Positions 10,578-20,428 of a DNA stretch of 64,000 nt are shown in pieces. The DNA lies in NCBI GenBank assembly GCA_963754315.1, contig CAVWFS010000018.1, forward strand, positions 64,001 through 128,000. Reading direction: 5' to 3'. The notes beneath the pieces are model-generated. The model was not told where the DNA came from and searched no databases. It saw only the letters and a list, made by a program, of their open reading frames with translations. A program made the translations under genes and the position numbers. The DNA is from an uncultured Candidatus Rokubacteria bacterium (lineage in GTDB: Bacteria > Methylomirabilota > Methylomirabilia > Rokubacteriales > CSP1-6). Within the stretch, counting starts at the first letter, position 1, and each line of letters starts with the position of its first letter.

Positions 10578-10987
10578 ATGTTCCTCCAGCTAGCATTATC
10601 TACCCGAGGTCTCGCCGCGGTCCGCTGACCTTGACGATGGTGACGAGGGCACTCTAGGGTAGAAGCGGGACCTGGTGACGAACTCTGTGATGCCTGAGCT
10701 CTCGATGGGAACGGTTCGTTAGAGTGTACCATTCGGCGTGGTTGTGACGCGCGACGGAACGGTCGTGCTCGGGCGTGAACCCGACGAGCCGGCGATGGGG
10801 CGCCCGCGTTGGTACGCGCATCGTTTCAATCGGGTAGGACCCTATCAGCTGACGGCCACCGTGCTCGACCAAGCGTCGGAGGCGAGGAACACCACCGCAT
10901 TGGCGACTTCCTCCGCCGACGGGGGCCTGACGTAGGGCGCAGAAGCCGCCGCGCTGACCGGAGCGGGTGGCCTGTTTGAGCGGAGCC

Positions 10988-12217
10988 ATGCCGGAAGAGG
11001 ACAGCGTCTTGACCGGCCTGATGGGACACGCCGAAGCCACGAAGGTGGAATTCCTGCGGGAAGTTCTTCCCGCCGAGCTCCAGTCCGTCTTCGATGTCTC
11101 GTTCATCCGATCCCACCATCTCTACGGCGAATTCGTCTGCCGGCTGGTGCTGCAGGTCGTGCGCGGGACTGGAATCGAGGCAGCGCTTGCACAGCCGGGC
11201 AGTCCGGCCGACATTGCGGCGCGCTCCGGGCTCGAGCACCGACAGGCCGTCGTGCCACTCGACTGGCTGCTCCGATTCCTGAGCGCGCGAGGACTGATCG
11301 AAGCGACCCCGGGCGACACCGGCGACCGCTACCGGCTCCGTGACCCCTTGCCCTCGCTTGATCCTGCGCCCATACGGCAGGAGCAGCTCCGTCACGACCC
11401 CTCGTGGATGCCCGCGTATGAGCTGGCCGAGACCGTCGCCCGAGATTACCCCGCCTTTCTTCGCGGCGAGGTTGCCGGCGAAGAGGTGCTCTTCGCACCG
11501 CGTCGACTCCGCCTCTGGATCGACTACTTCTCCAACGACCATGGACTCTACGCTGTCAATAACCTCGTCGGCGCGGTGGCGGCCGAGGGCTGGCTGCGCG
11601 GGTCTCGCGAAGTTGTTCTCGAACTGGGCGGAGGGCTCGGCAGTGGAGCGCTCGCGCTGCTGGGCCGACTGGAGGCAACCGGCCGGCTCGCGGCGATCGC
11701 TGGTTACCGATTCACGGAGCTGGTGCCGGCATTCCTCCGGCGCGGAGAGCAGACCCTACGGAACCGTTACCCGACCTTCGCAGGCTTCGCGTTCCAGCTC
11801 CTCGACATGAATCGGCCCTTCGCGGATCAGGGGGTTGAGCCCGGAGGCGTGTCGGTGGTGTACGCGGTCAATACCCTGCACGCCGCCCATGATCTGGGCT
11901 TCACGCTTGACCAGGTACTCCAGGCGCTCGCGCCCGGCGGTCTGCTCGTCATGTCGGAGTGCGTGCGCCCGCCGCAGCCGATCTATGCGGAGTTCGGCTT
12001 CCACCTGACGCAGGCATTCCAATCGCCGCGGCTCCACTCCCTCTACCGCCCGCGTGGCGGATTTCTCACGCCCGAGCACTGGAAGGCCGCCCTCGAGGCA
12101 GCCGGCTTTCTCGACGTCAGCTTCGTGCCAGATGTGGCGCGAATCCATGCCACGATCCCAGACTTCGCCGTGGCGGCCATTGGCGCCACCCGTCCGGGAC
12201 GAAGGGAAACGGGATAG
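10988..12217 (+). CDS. Class I SAM-dependent methyltransferase resembling a PKS C-methyltransferase domain
   Basis: VLELGGGLGSG, YRFTE, VYAVNTLH, LAPGGLLVMSE; start may be 10967 or 10988. Confidence 0.78.
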   Translation: MPEEDSVLTGLMGHAEATKVEFLREVLPAELQSVFDVSFIRSHHLYGEFVCRLVLQVVRGTGIEAALAQPGSPADIAARSGLEHRQAVVPLDWLLRFLSARGLIEATPGDTGDRYRLRDPLPSLDPAPIRQEQLRHDPSWMPAYELAETVARDYPAFLRGEVAGEEVLFAPRRLRLWIDYFSNDHGLYAVNNLVGAVAAEGWLRGSREVVLELGGGLGSGALALLGRLEATGRLAAIAGYRFTELVPAFLRRGEQTLRNRYPTFAGFAFQLLDMNRPFADQGVEPGGVSVVYAVNTLHAAHDLGFTLDQVLQALAPGGLLVMSECVRPPQPIYAEFGFHLTQAFQSPRLHSLYRPRGGFLTPEHWKAALEAAGFLDVSFVPDVARIHATIPDFAVAAIGATRPGRRETG

Positions 12218-12304
12218 CGGGCCTGCGGGCTCAGGCAATCAAGCGTAACAGCTCGTCCGTCGAGAACAGGACCTCGGGGCCGTGAAGCGGTCAGGGACGT
12301 GGGG

Positions 12305-13351
12305 TCATACGACAAGCCGCTTCGGCTGTTCGTCGGCAAATATCGGCATGACGTCCCGGGCGAAACGGCGCAGACTTTCGCGGCCGCGAGCGCCGCCGCC
12401 CGAGCCGCCGCCATTGATCAGGACATAGCCGACCCCGGCGTCGCGCAGTTCCTCGAGCTTTTTCGCGATGTCGTCGGGACTGCCGTACATAGCGCTGATC
12501 TCGTTGATGACCCGAGGATCGCCAGTGGCTCGGTCCGGTCCACCGTGGACCGTGCCGTCGGGCCGCGTCGCCAGCTTCAGCTGCCGCACCCGATTCTGCA
12601 GCCGGCGCTCCAGCGCGGCGTCGCGTTCCTCCGCACCGTCGGCAACGAAAAACGCGCGGGTCACCCCGACCTGCATCGGGTCGAAGCGACGGCCCCGCGC
12701 TTCGACCTCGGACTTGAAGGCGGCAATGTGCGAGGCCACATCCGTTGGCGACGCGTATTGCCCGAGCAACAGGTTGAAGCCTTGGGCGGCCACCTGACGG
12801 ATCGAGCGCTCGCTGCCGGCGCCCATCCAAATTTGCGGGTGTGGTTTCTGCGCGGTCGGAGGTTCGACGACGATGCGGTCGAACTCCCAATACGTGCCCC
12901 GGTGGGAAAAGGGCTCATTTGACGTCCACGCCTTGAGGATGACCTCGAGGCACTCATCAAACCTCGCGTCGGCTTCCTCCATCGGCACGCGAAAACCAGC
13001 GAACTCGTTGTACCGGTAGCCCTTGCCGATACCGAAATCGAGCCGTCCCCCGGACAGGAGATCGAGCGTAGCGGCCTGTTCAGCCAACAGCACCGGGTTA
13101 TGCCATGGCAGCACGATCACCGCCGTGCCGAGACGCAGCCGGCGCGTGCGCGCCCCAAGCCAGGTCAGCAGGTTGAGGGTGGCCGAGACTTGTCCGTAGC
13201 CGGTGAAGTGGTGCTCGACGACGAACGTGCTGTGAAAACCCAGTGCCTCGGCCTCGATGTTGTATTCGATGAAATCACGGAATCCTTCGCTGCTGTCGAA
13301 TTCCGCACCACCGCGCCTCGCCGCCGCACTGCCGAACAGGCCAAATTGCAT
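12305..13351 (-). CDS. LLM class flavin-dependent oxidoreductase
   Basis: VEHHF, LRLGTAV, LAEQAATLDLLSGGRLDFGIGKG. Confidence 0.9.
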   Translation of the reverse strand: MQFGLFGSAAARRGGAEFDSSEGFRDFIEYNIEAEALGFHSTFVVEHHFTGYGQVSATLNLLTWLGARTRRLRLGTAVIVLPWHNPVLLAEQAATLDLLSGGRLDFGIGKGYRYNEFAGFRVPMEEADARFDECLEVILKAWTSNEPFSHRGTYWEFDRIVVEPPTAQKPHPQIWMGAGSERSIRQVAAQGFNLLLGQYASPTDVASHIAAFKSEVEARGRRFDPMQVGVTRAFFVADGAEERDAALERRLQNRVRQLKLATRPDGTVHGGPDRATGDPRVINEISAMYGSPDDIAKKLEELRDAGVGYVLINGGGSGGGARGRESLRRFARDVMPIFADEQPKRLVV

Positions 13352-13633
13352 TCGGCTCACCCTCCGTTACGGGGCCATGAGGTTGCGACCCGGCACGCGA
13401 CATTCAGCATGCCGTATCGTGATCATGGGCCGGATCATACCATCTGCTCTCGCGGTTTCGGCTCCCGTACGGTCCAGGTGCCTCTCGTAGGCCTTGCGAG
13501 GTCGGTGGCGCTGCCGGTGGCGTCGGCACCGCGCGGTTGCGAACGCGCGGGGCGACTTGGTAGATTGCCATGCGCTTGGCAGCGGGGTTCGTTCGACGTG
13601 CCGCACGGCTTTTTCACGTAAGGGACGGAGCGG

Positions 13634-15019
13634 GTGGAGGAGACCACGAACGGGGGCAGCACACCAGCCCAAGGAACTGCGGCCTCGGCCGATTCCCACG
13701 ACGCGGGAGAGCTCAAGCGTGCCATCTCGCCGGCGATGCTGATCCTCTTTGTGGTCGGCGACATCCTGGGCGCGGGTATCTACGCTCGGGTGGGCGCCGT
13801 GGCTGGTGAGGTTGGCGGCGCGATCTGGACGTCGTTCGTGCTGGGGATAGGAATCGCCGCGCTGACGGCCCTCGCCTACGGTGAGCTCGCCAGCAAGTAT
13901 CCGCGTGCGGGCGGGGCAGCCCTGTTCATCCACAAAGCCTTTGGCAGTCCCGTGCTGACTTTCGTGATTGCGTTTGCCGTGCTTGCGTCCGGCGTGGCGT
14001 CCGCGAGCGCGGTCGCCCGCGTATTCGGCGGCCGCTACCTCCAGGAATTCATCGCCGTGCCGCCGGTGCCGGTGGCCATCGCGTTCGTCCTCGTGATTGC
14101 TCTGGTCAACTTCCGAGGAATCTCGGAGTCGGTGACCTTGAACATGTTTCTGACCGTGGTGGAGCTCAGTGGACTCCTCCTGGTCATCGTGGTCGGTATC
14201 GTGGCCCTGGCCGGGGGCACCGGTGATCCCGGGCGCGCCTTCACGTTCAAGGCGGACGTGAACGTCCCCATCGCCGTGCTGGCCGGAGCGGCCATCGCCT
14301 TCTACGCCTGCCTGGGCTTCGAGGACGTCGCAAACGTTGCCGAGGAGGCCCAGGATCCGGTCCGGATGCTTCCGACGGCGCTGATCGCCGGCCTGGGGAT
14401 CGCGGGTTTCATGTACGTCGTGGTCAGTTTCACGGCGGCGATGGTGGTCGACCCGGCGACCTTGGCGAAATCATCCGGACCGCTGCTCGAGGTGGTGAAG
14501 GCCGGTCCCGTTCCCATCCCGCCTCGCCTCTTCGCGGCCATCGCCCTGATGGCGGTCACCAACACGGCCCTGATCAACATGATCATGGCCTCGCGACTTC
14601 TCTACGGCATGGCGGAGCAGGGTATCATGCCGAGAATCCTCGGACGGACTCACAAGACCCGGAAGACGCCGTGGGTGGCTATCCTCTTCACCACCGTGCT
14701 CGCGCTGGGCCTCGTCGTCACTGGCGACATCGGCGGGCTGGCCAACACCACCGTGCTGCTGCTGCTCGTGGCGTTCACCCTGGTGAATATCGCGGCACTC
14801 ATTCTGCGCCGTGACCGGGTCGAGCACCGGCACTTCTCGATTCCCGCGTGGATTCCGGCGCTGGGTGCGGTGACGTGCCTGATCCTGATGACCCAGTTCA
14901 CGGCGGACGTCTACCTGCGCGCGGTCGTCCTGGTCGCCATCGGACTGGCGCTATGCGGCATCAACTTCCTCGTCTCGCGCCGGCTCGAGACGAGACCTGT
15001 GCCCCGGCAGCTCACCTGA
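13634..15019 (+). CDS. APC family amino acid permease
   Basis: GDILGAGIY, ELASKYPRAGG, FYACLGFED, SRLLYGMA; about 12 TM segments. Confidence 0.9.
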   Translation: MEETTNGGSTPAQGTAASADSHDAGELKRAISPAMLILFVVGDILGAGIYARVGAVAGEVGGAIWTSFVLGIGIAALTALAYGELASKYPRAGGAALFIHKAFGSPVLTFVIAFAVLASGVASASAVARVFGGRYLQEFIAVPPVPVAIAFVLVIALVNFRGISESVTLNMFLTVVELSGLLLVIVVGIVALAGGTGDPGRAFTFKADVNVPIAVLAGAAIAFYACLGFEDVANVAEEAQDPVRMLPTALIAGLGIAGFMYVVVSFTAAMVVDPATLAKSSGPLLEVVKAGPVPIPPRLFAAIALMAVTNTALINMIMASRLLYGMAEQGIMPRILGRTHKTRKTPWVAILFTTVLALGLVVTGDIGGLANTTVLLLLVAFTLVNIAALILRRDRVEHRHFSIPAWIPALGAVTCLILMTQFTADVYLRAVVLVAIGLALCGINFLVSRRLETRPVPRQLT

Positions 15020-15026
15020 GCGGTCG

Positions 15027-16082
15027 TCAGGGGTTCGTGACCTCAATGGCGCGGGGGCCTCCTTCCTTGGCGCCATCGAACAGAACGAGGACTCGAAGTC
15101 CCGCGGGCGTCTGATCGAGAGGAAGAATCGCTTCCGGTCTGAGATCGATCCCATTCTCGCGGTAGCGGGCCAGATCCTTCAGGAGCTTGGGCGTGTCGCT
15201 CGCCCCGTCCCACCAGTAGACCGAGTAGTGGCCGCCCCGGTCAGCCATCGGCCCCGCCAGGACGAGCAGGCCGCCCGCGAACGCCGCCAGATCGCGGACG
15301 CCGCGGCCCCGGCCCAGGGAAAGAAAGTGGAGCGTGGTGTCGGGGGCCTGTTCCTCGAAGAGGGCCGCGAGCGAGACGGACAGGATCACGGCGCGCTCGT
15401 CGTTCAGGACCGGGCCCCGGAATCCCGCAAACAATCGATGGCCACGGATAGCGATGCCCTCGATGGTCACGCCGTTGAGTTCCAGACGTTTGTCGGCGAA
15501 GGGAGCGAGTGTAGGATCGGCCAGAATCAGGGCTCTGAGCTTTGGCGTGCGGGCGAGCTCGGGCACCCCCGAGACGGAGCCGGTTGCCGTGAGGGGACGG
15601 CCGCTCGCCGGATCGACCCGGATACGGATCAACTGGCTGGCGGCGGTGATCCCGGCCCGTATCCGGGCGGCGTCCCGGACGGGGTCGAGCTTTCTGTCGG
15701 TATCGCGCGGATGTCCGTGAGAGCCGATGACGTAGAAGAAGCCGCCGGAGTACGCCACGCCCTCGCCGTCGAGCTCGAGCCATGTTCCCGGGAAGCGGTC
15801 GTCGATCAGGCGAATAGACCTGCCGGCGACGATCTCACCGTCCCTGAGCGTGACCAGCTGGCTACTCTGCGCATCGTCGTCGATGATCAGGCACGAACGC
15901 GGGAAGCCGGTGTCAGAGGTACATGCGATGCCGCTGACGTTCACCGATTTCTTGTTGTCCTTGCCCATCAGCTTGTCCCTGACGCTCCACACGCGTTCGT
16001 GCTGCGCGGTCGCGGCACCAGGTGGCCAGCTTCCCAGCACCACGAGCAAGGCCATGACAACAAGACGGTTCAGGATCTCCAT
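15027..16082 (-). CDS. Secreted DUF3616-like beta-propeller protein
   Basis: Signal peptide; ELDGEG, YVIGSHG, IEGIA, GFRGP, GVRDL, PEAI motifs. Confidence 0.72.
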   Translation of the reverse strand: MEILNRLVVMALLVVLGSWPPGAATAQHERVWSVRDKLMGKDNKKSVNVSGIACTSDTGFPRSCLIIDDDAQSSQLVTLRDGEIVAGRSIRLIDDRFPGTWLELDGEGVAYSGGFFYVIGSHGHPRDTDRKLDPVRDAARIRAGITAASQLIRIRVDPASGRPLTATGSVSGVPELARTPKLRALILADPTLAPFADKRLELNGVTIEGIAIRGHRLFAGFRGPVLNDERAVILSVSLAALFEEQAPDTTLHFLSLGRGRGVRDLAAFAGGLLVLAGPMADRGGHYSVYWWDGASDTPKLLKDLARYRENGIDLRPEAILPLDQTPAGLRVLVLFDGAKEGGPRAIEVTNP

Positions 16083-16122
16083 GGCGTGGACCCATCTCTC
16101 GGCCTGGACGACGGCGCCGTAA

Positions 16123-17517
16123 TTACCCCATCGTGCGAACGTTCGATCCGACGGCGACGTCCATCTCCGTGAGGGCGAGCACCTCATGGGCAGTGAACCC
16201 CGGCGCCACTTCATCGAGGACGAAGCGGGTGCGGTCCCAGCGCAGCAGGGCGAGGTCGGTCACCACGTAGCTGACGCAGGCCTTGCCCGTCAGGGGATAC
16301 GTGCATGCCCGCCGCAGCTTCGGGCGACCCTTGCTGTCCACGTGCTCCATCACGATGATCAGGTCGCCCCTGCCCGACAGCAGGTCCATCGCGCCGCCGA
16401 TCCCACCGCGCTTCGCGTCCGCCGTGCTCCAGTTCGCGACGCTGCCGTGCTGATCGACCTCGTAGGCCCCGAGGATGACCGTATCGATCCGGCCTCCGCG
16501 CGCCATCTCGAAGGAGGTGACGCTGTCGAAGAACGACGCGCCGGGGTGCAGGGCCACGAACTGACCGGCCGCGTTGTAGATGTCCGGATCGATGTCGCTC
16601 TCTTCGGACACCATCCGGCCGTAGCCGAGAACGCCGTTCTCGGCGTGGAGTATCACGTCGCGATCCTCGAGATAGTTCGAGACCATGGTGGGGATGCCGA
16701 CCCCGAGATTGACGTAGGTGCCCTCCTTGACGAGCTTGGCCGCGTTCCTCGCGATCCCCTCGCGTGTCAGTGCCGGCTTGCCGTTGTAGAGGCGCGGCTG
16801 ATCCGGAGGCCGTCGCACCGGCCGGCGCCATGCCTTGCCGTCGACGACGTGCGTCGTCTTGACGACGCGCGACACGAAGATTCCGGGTAGGTCGATCAAT
16901 TCTGGAGCGATCTCCCCGGGCTCCACGATCTCGTCCACCTCCACGATGGCGACGCGCGCCGCCTTCGCGAAGCTGGGGTTGAAGTTCTGGCTGCCTCCGC
17001 GGAACTGGACGTTACCGAGACGGTCCGCACGATAGCCCCTCAGCAAGGCGTAGTCCACGCGTATCGCATGCTCGAGGACGTGCGGTTTGCCATCGAAGTC
17101 GCGGATTTCGCGGCCGAGCGCAAGGTCCGTCTCCACGCCTGTCGGTGAGTAGAACGCCGGGATCCCGGCGCCGCCCGCGCGGCATCGTTCGACCAGGATC
17201 CCCTGGGGGACCAGCTCCACCTCCATCCTGCCGGCAGCGATCTGCTCCTCGCTCGCCGTCGGCGTGCCCGGCCGCACAGAGAATGCGGCGATCAGCTTTT
17301 TCACCTGGTTGTTCTCTGCGAGAATCTGGCCGCGGGTCGCCCCCGCGTCACCGAGGGAGTTGCAGACGAGCGTGAGGTCCTTCGTGCGCTGATCCCGGAG
17401 AGCGCAGATCAGACTCGTGGCGAAACGGTGGGCGACACCGAAGCCAGCGATGGCGATCGTCGCGCCGTCGGGGATGTCCGCGACTGCCTGCTCGGGAGAT
17501 TCCACAATCTTGTTCAT
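16123..17517 (-). CDS. 3-oxoacid CoA-transferase, fused A+B subunits (family I)
   Basis: VELVPQG, RAGGAGIPAFY, VNLGVGIP, catalytic Glu in HAENG, GIGGAMDL. Confidence 0.9.
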   Translation of the reverse strand: MNKIVESPEQAVADIPDGATIAIAGFGVAHRFATSLICALRDQRTKDLTLVCNSLGDAGATRGQILAENNQVKKLIAAFSVRPGTPTASEEQIAAGRMEVELVPQGILVERCRAGGAGIPAFYSPTGVETDLALGREIRDFDGKPHVLEHAIRVDYALLRGYRADRLGNVQFRGGSQNFNPSFAKAARVAIVEVDEIVEPGEIAPELIDLPGIFVSRVVKTTHVVDGKAWRRPVRRPPDQPRLYNGKPALTREGIARNAAKLVKEGTYVNLGVGIPTMVSNYLEDRDVILHAENGVLGYGRMVSEESDIDPDIYNAAGQFVALHPGASFFDSVTSFEMARGGRIDTVILGAYEVDQHGSVANWSTADAKRGGIGGAMDLLSGRGDLIIVMEHVDSKGRPKLRRACTYPLTGKACVSYVVTDLALLRWDRTRFVLDEVAPGFTAHEVLALTEMDVAVGSNVRTMG

Positions 17518-17657
17518 GAGAGTCCTCACCAGGCTCGGGATAGGGTAGCCGGTATTGTAATGTGCGGCGTGGCTGGCGGCGTGACGGCATTGCGCTCGCC
17601 GCCTGAGAGGGCCGGGGAGAGCATCGAGGGATGAAGGTGGCGCGAAAGGAGCGAGCC

Positions 17658-18061
17658 ATGAGCATCAAAGGCATCGATCACTGGGTCATCGTCGCAGGTG
17701 ATCTTCAGCGCACGCTGGACTTCTACAAGGGGCTCGGCTGCACGATCGCCTGGGAAAAGCGTCCAGGCCGTCCGGACATGGCGACGATCCGCATCAACGA
17801 CGCGCAGAAGATCAACGTTCATGGACCGGAGGCGCCAGCCCGCCCCGGCTACCTCGGCGCGCGGCGGCCAACGGCAGGGGGCGCCGACTTCTGTCTCGAA
17901 TGGGACGGGACCGTCGAAGGGATCCTGGCTGCGCTGAAGAAGAACGGCGTGGTGCCAGAGGCCGGACCCGGACCGCGCACGTGCGCGCGCGGTGTGTCAA
18001 CGAGCGTGTACTTCCGCGACCCGGATGACAACTCGTCGAGCTCACTGTCTACGACCGGTGA
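17658..18061 (+). CDS. VOC/glyoxalase family protein; 1-nt deletion near 18032
   Basis: GIDHWV, QKINVH, ADFC, SVYFRDPD; restoring one base gives DNLVELTVYDR*. Confidence 0.8.
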
Positions 18062-18135
18062 GCACCAGTGGGGCGCATCGGGGCTTAGTATGGTGCGGGG
18101 AGAGCAAGGTCAAGCAGGGGGAGGCGCCGACGCAC

Positions 18136-18543
18136 ATGGTTACCCGACGCAACATCCAGCCCGAAGGACTTTCGCAGCGTGTGGTAGCCGGCCAGCAGCT
18201 GTATTCCCACGTGGTGACGGTGGAAGGACGCCGACTCATCTTTGTGGCCGGCCAGCTGGCCCGCGATCGCGACGGCAACCTCGTCGGCAAAGGGGATATG
18301 CGGGCGCAGCTTCGTCAGGTGGGGGAGAACATCAAAACGGCCCTGGCCGCCGCCGGGGCGGGTCTGGCCGATCTGGTGAAGACGACCACGTTCGTGACGG
18401 ACATCGACGAGTACTTGCGGCACGTCGACGTACGCATGGAGTACTTCGGGGCCGCCCTGCCCACCAGCACCACGGTGGAGGTGCGGCGCTTATCCCATCC
18501 GGACTTTCTGGTCGAAATCGAGGCCATGGCCGTTACCGATTGA
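18136..18543 (+). CDS. RidA/YjgF family protein
   Basis: YSHVV, IFVAGQ, PTSTTVEV, LVEIEA. Confidence 0.88.
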   Translation: MVTRRNIQPEGLSQRVVAGQQLYSHVVTVEGRRLIFVAGQLARDRDGNLVGKGDMRAQLRQVGENIKTALAAAGAGLADLVKTTTFVTDIDEYLRHVDVRMEYFGAALPTSTTVEVRRLSHPDFLVEIEAMAVTD

Positions 18544-18572
18544 GGAGGCGAGGCTGGTCAGGAGGACGTGAC

Positions 18573-19376
18573 ATGCGGTTCGATGGCAAGGTGGCGCTCG
18601 TGTCGGGGGCGGGGTCGGGGATCGGGCGGGCCACGGCGCTCGGATTCGCCGAGCACGGTGCGAAGGTCGGCGTTGCCGATATCGACAAGGCCAAGGCAGA
18701 CGCCGTGGCCGACGAGATCGGCAAGGCGGGCGGCGTGGCGCTGGCGATTGCGGCGGACGCCGGCGCGCCAGACGGCATCGAGGCAATGATCGCAGGGACT
18801 GTGAAGGCGTTCGGTGGCCTCGACATCCTCCACAACAATGCCTTCGGCCAGCCGGCGCTGCCAGGCGGACAGCGCCGCCTGGCGTTTCTTGGTGACCTTG
18901 ACGAGCGGGTGTGGACCCACACGATCGAGCTGGGGCTCACCGGCGTGTTCAGGGCGATGAAGCGGGCGATTCCCGAGCTACTGGCTCGGCGCGGCGGCGC
19001 CATCGTGAACACCGCGTCGATCTCGGGACTCTTCGCCGACTTCGCCATCGGCGCCTACAACACGGCGAAGGCTGGCGTCGTCAACCTCAGCCGGGTGGCC
19101 GCCATCGAGTATGCGTCGCGCGGTATCCGCGTGAACTGTGTGTGCCCGGGGGCCATCGACACACCCCTCCTCGCGCCATCACTGTCCATCCCCGGCTTCG
19201 CGGAGGAGACCACGCGCATGATCCCGATGCGGCGGCTGGGTCGGCCGGAGGAAATTGCCGCCGTCGTGATGTTTCTGGCCTCGGACCTGGCGTCCTACGT
19301 CACCGGCGCCGCGTTCGTTGCGGACGGGGGGCTGACGGTGCAGACCGGGCTACCGACGCGGATTCCATTGCCATGA
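18573..19376 (+). CDS. SDR family oxidoreductase
   Basis: SGAGSGIG, NNA, YNTAK catalytic motif; RBS GGAGG. Confidence 0.92.
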   Translation: MRFDGKVALVSGAGSGIGRATALGFAEHGAKVGVADIDKAKADAVADEIGKAGGVALAIAADAGAPDGIEAMIAGTVKAFGGLDILHNNAFGQPALPGGQRRLAFLGDLDERVWTHTIELGLTGVFRAMKRAIPELLARRGGAIVNTASISGLFADFAIGAYNTAKAGVVNLSRVAAIEYASRGIRVNCVCPGAIDTPLLAPSLSIPGFAEETTRMIPMRRLGRPEEIAAVVMFLASDLASYVTGAAFVADGGLTVQTGLPTRIPLP

Positions 19377-19456
19377 CGACGATGGCCGCGCGGTTCCGTG
19401 ACCAGGTCATCACCTTCATGCTCGCGTTCTGGATGTCGACGTTCGCCACTCGCTGA
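19373..19456 (+). CDS. Putative 27-aa small hydrophobic protein (MTTMAARFRDQVITFMLAFWMSTFATR)
   Basis: ATGA overlap with the SDR stop; 25 of 27 codons end in G/C. Confidence 0.4.
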   Translation: MTTMAARFRDQVITFMLAFWMSTFATR

Positions 19457-19581
19457 TCGTCACCGGGTGGAGAGGAGGCAGAGCTGGCTCGCCTTGCGCG
19501 CGACGGCCCGCGTGCCCATAATGCGCCGTCGGACCTGCCGGACGGCGTGAGGGGCTCCCGTCGCGGCCGAGGAGAGATCGA

Positions 19582-20346
19582 ATGGGTCGCGTCCAAGATC
19601 AGGTGGCGGTGGTGACGGGCGCGGCCAACGGACTCGGGCGTGCGATCGCGTTGCGCCTGGCGGAGGAGGGTGCGCGCCTGGTCCTCGGCGACATCGAGCG
19701 CGACGCTCTCGAGGGCACGGTCTCGTACATCATCGAGCGCGGCGGACAGGCGTGTGGCCTCGTGGGCGACGTCACCGATGAGGCTCCCGCCGCCCGGCTC
19801 GTCAACGATGCGGTGGAACGTTACGGCCGCCTCGACATCCTCATCAACAACGTTGGGGGTAGCCGCTCCGCCCGGATCTGGGAGATGACGGCCGAGCAGT
19901 GGGACTTCGTCATTCGCCTCAACCTCCGGAGCGCCTTCCTCTGCACCCGGGCGGCAGCCCAACACATGATGAAGCAGCGCTCCGGTCGCATCGTGTGCCT
20001 CTCGTCAGGCGCGCGTGAGGGCACGCCGTGGACCGCGTACTACCAGGGCGGCGCTAACTACTCGGCGGCCAAGGCGGGCATCCACGGGTTCATCCGGGAC
20101 GTGGCCCTCGAGCTGGCCGAGTACAACATCATGGTCAACGCCGTGGCTCCGGGGCCGATCGACACCGAGCGCGCCGGTGCGAGCCTGCGCCAGCTGAACG
20201 AGACGGTTGAGTACAGCCCGAACCACATGACACCGTTGCGCCGGCTGGGACTGCCCGGCGAGATCGCCAATGCCGTGCTGTTCCTCGCCTCCGAGGAGGC
20301 GAGCTACATCACCGGCGTCACCCTGCAGGCGACCGGAGGCCGGTAA
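19582..20346 (+). CDS. SDR family oxidoreductase
   Basis: TGAANGLG, NNVG, YSAAK. Confidence 0.92.
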   Translation: MGRVQDQVAVVTGAANGLGRAIALRLAEEGARLVLGDIERDALEGTVSYIIERGGQACGLVGDVTDEAPAARLVNDAVERYGRLDILINNVGGSRSARIWEMTAEQWDFVIRLNLRSAFLCTRAAAQHMMKQRSGRIVCLSSGAREGTPWTAYYQGGANYSAAKAGIHGFIRDVALELAEYNIMVNAVAPGPIDTERAGASLRQLNETVEYSPNHMTPLRRLGLPGEIANAVLFLASEEASYITGVTLQATGGR

Positions 20347-20428
20347 CCCCACGAGCACCGGGTTAGGAGACGCATGACATGACGAAGACAGAGCGGGCGA
20401 GCGGCGGGCAGTCCACGAGAGCAGCGCG

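Noticed and set aside
13360..13634. Riboswitch upstream of the APC permease
   Set aside because: Only short GC-rich palindromes, no aptamer consensus recognised; an Rfam/Infernal scan would be needed
17631..19376. 581-aa VOC-SDR fusion ORF
   Set aside because: Created by a 1-nt deletion near 18032; the intervening DNA encodes RidA in another frame and the SDR has its own RBS
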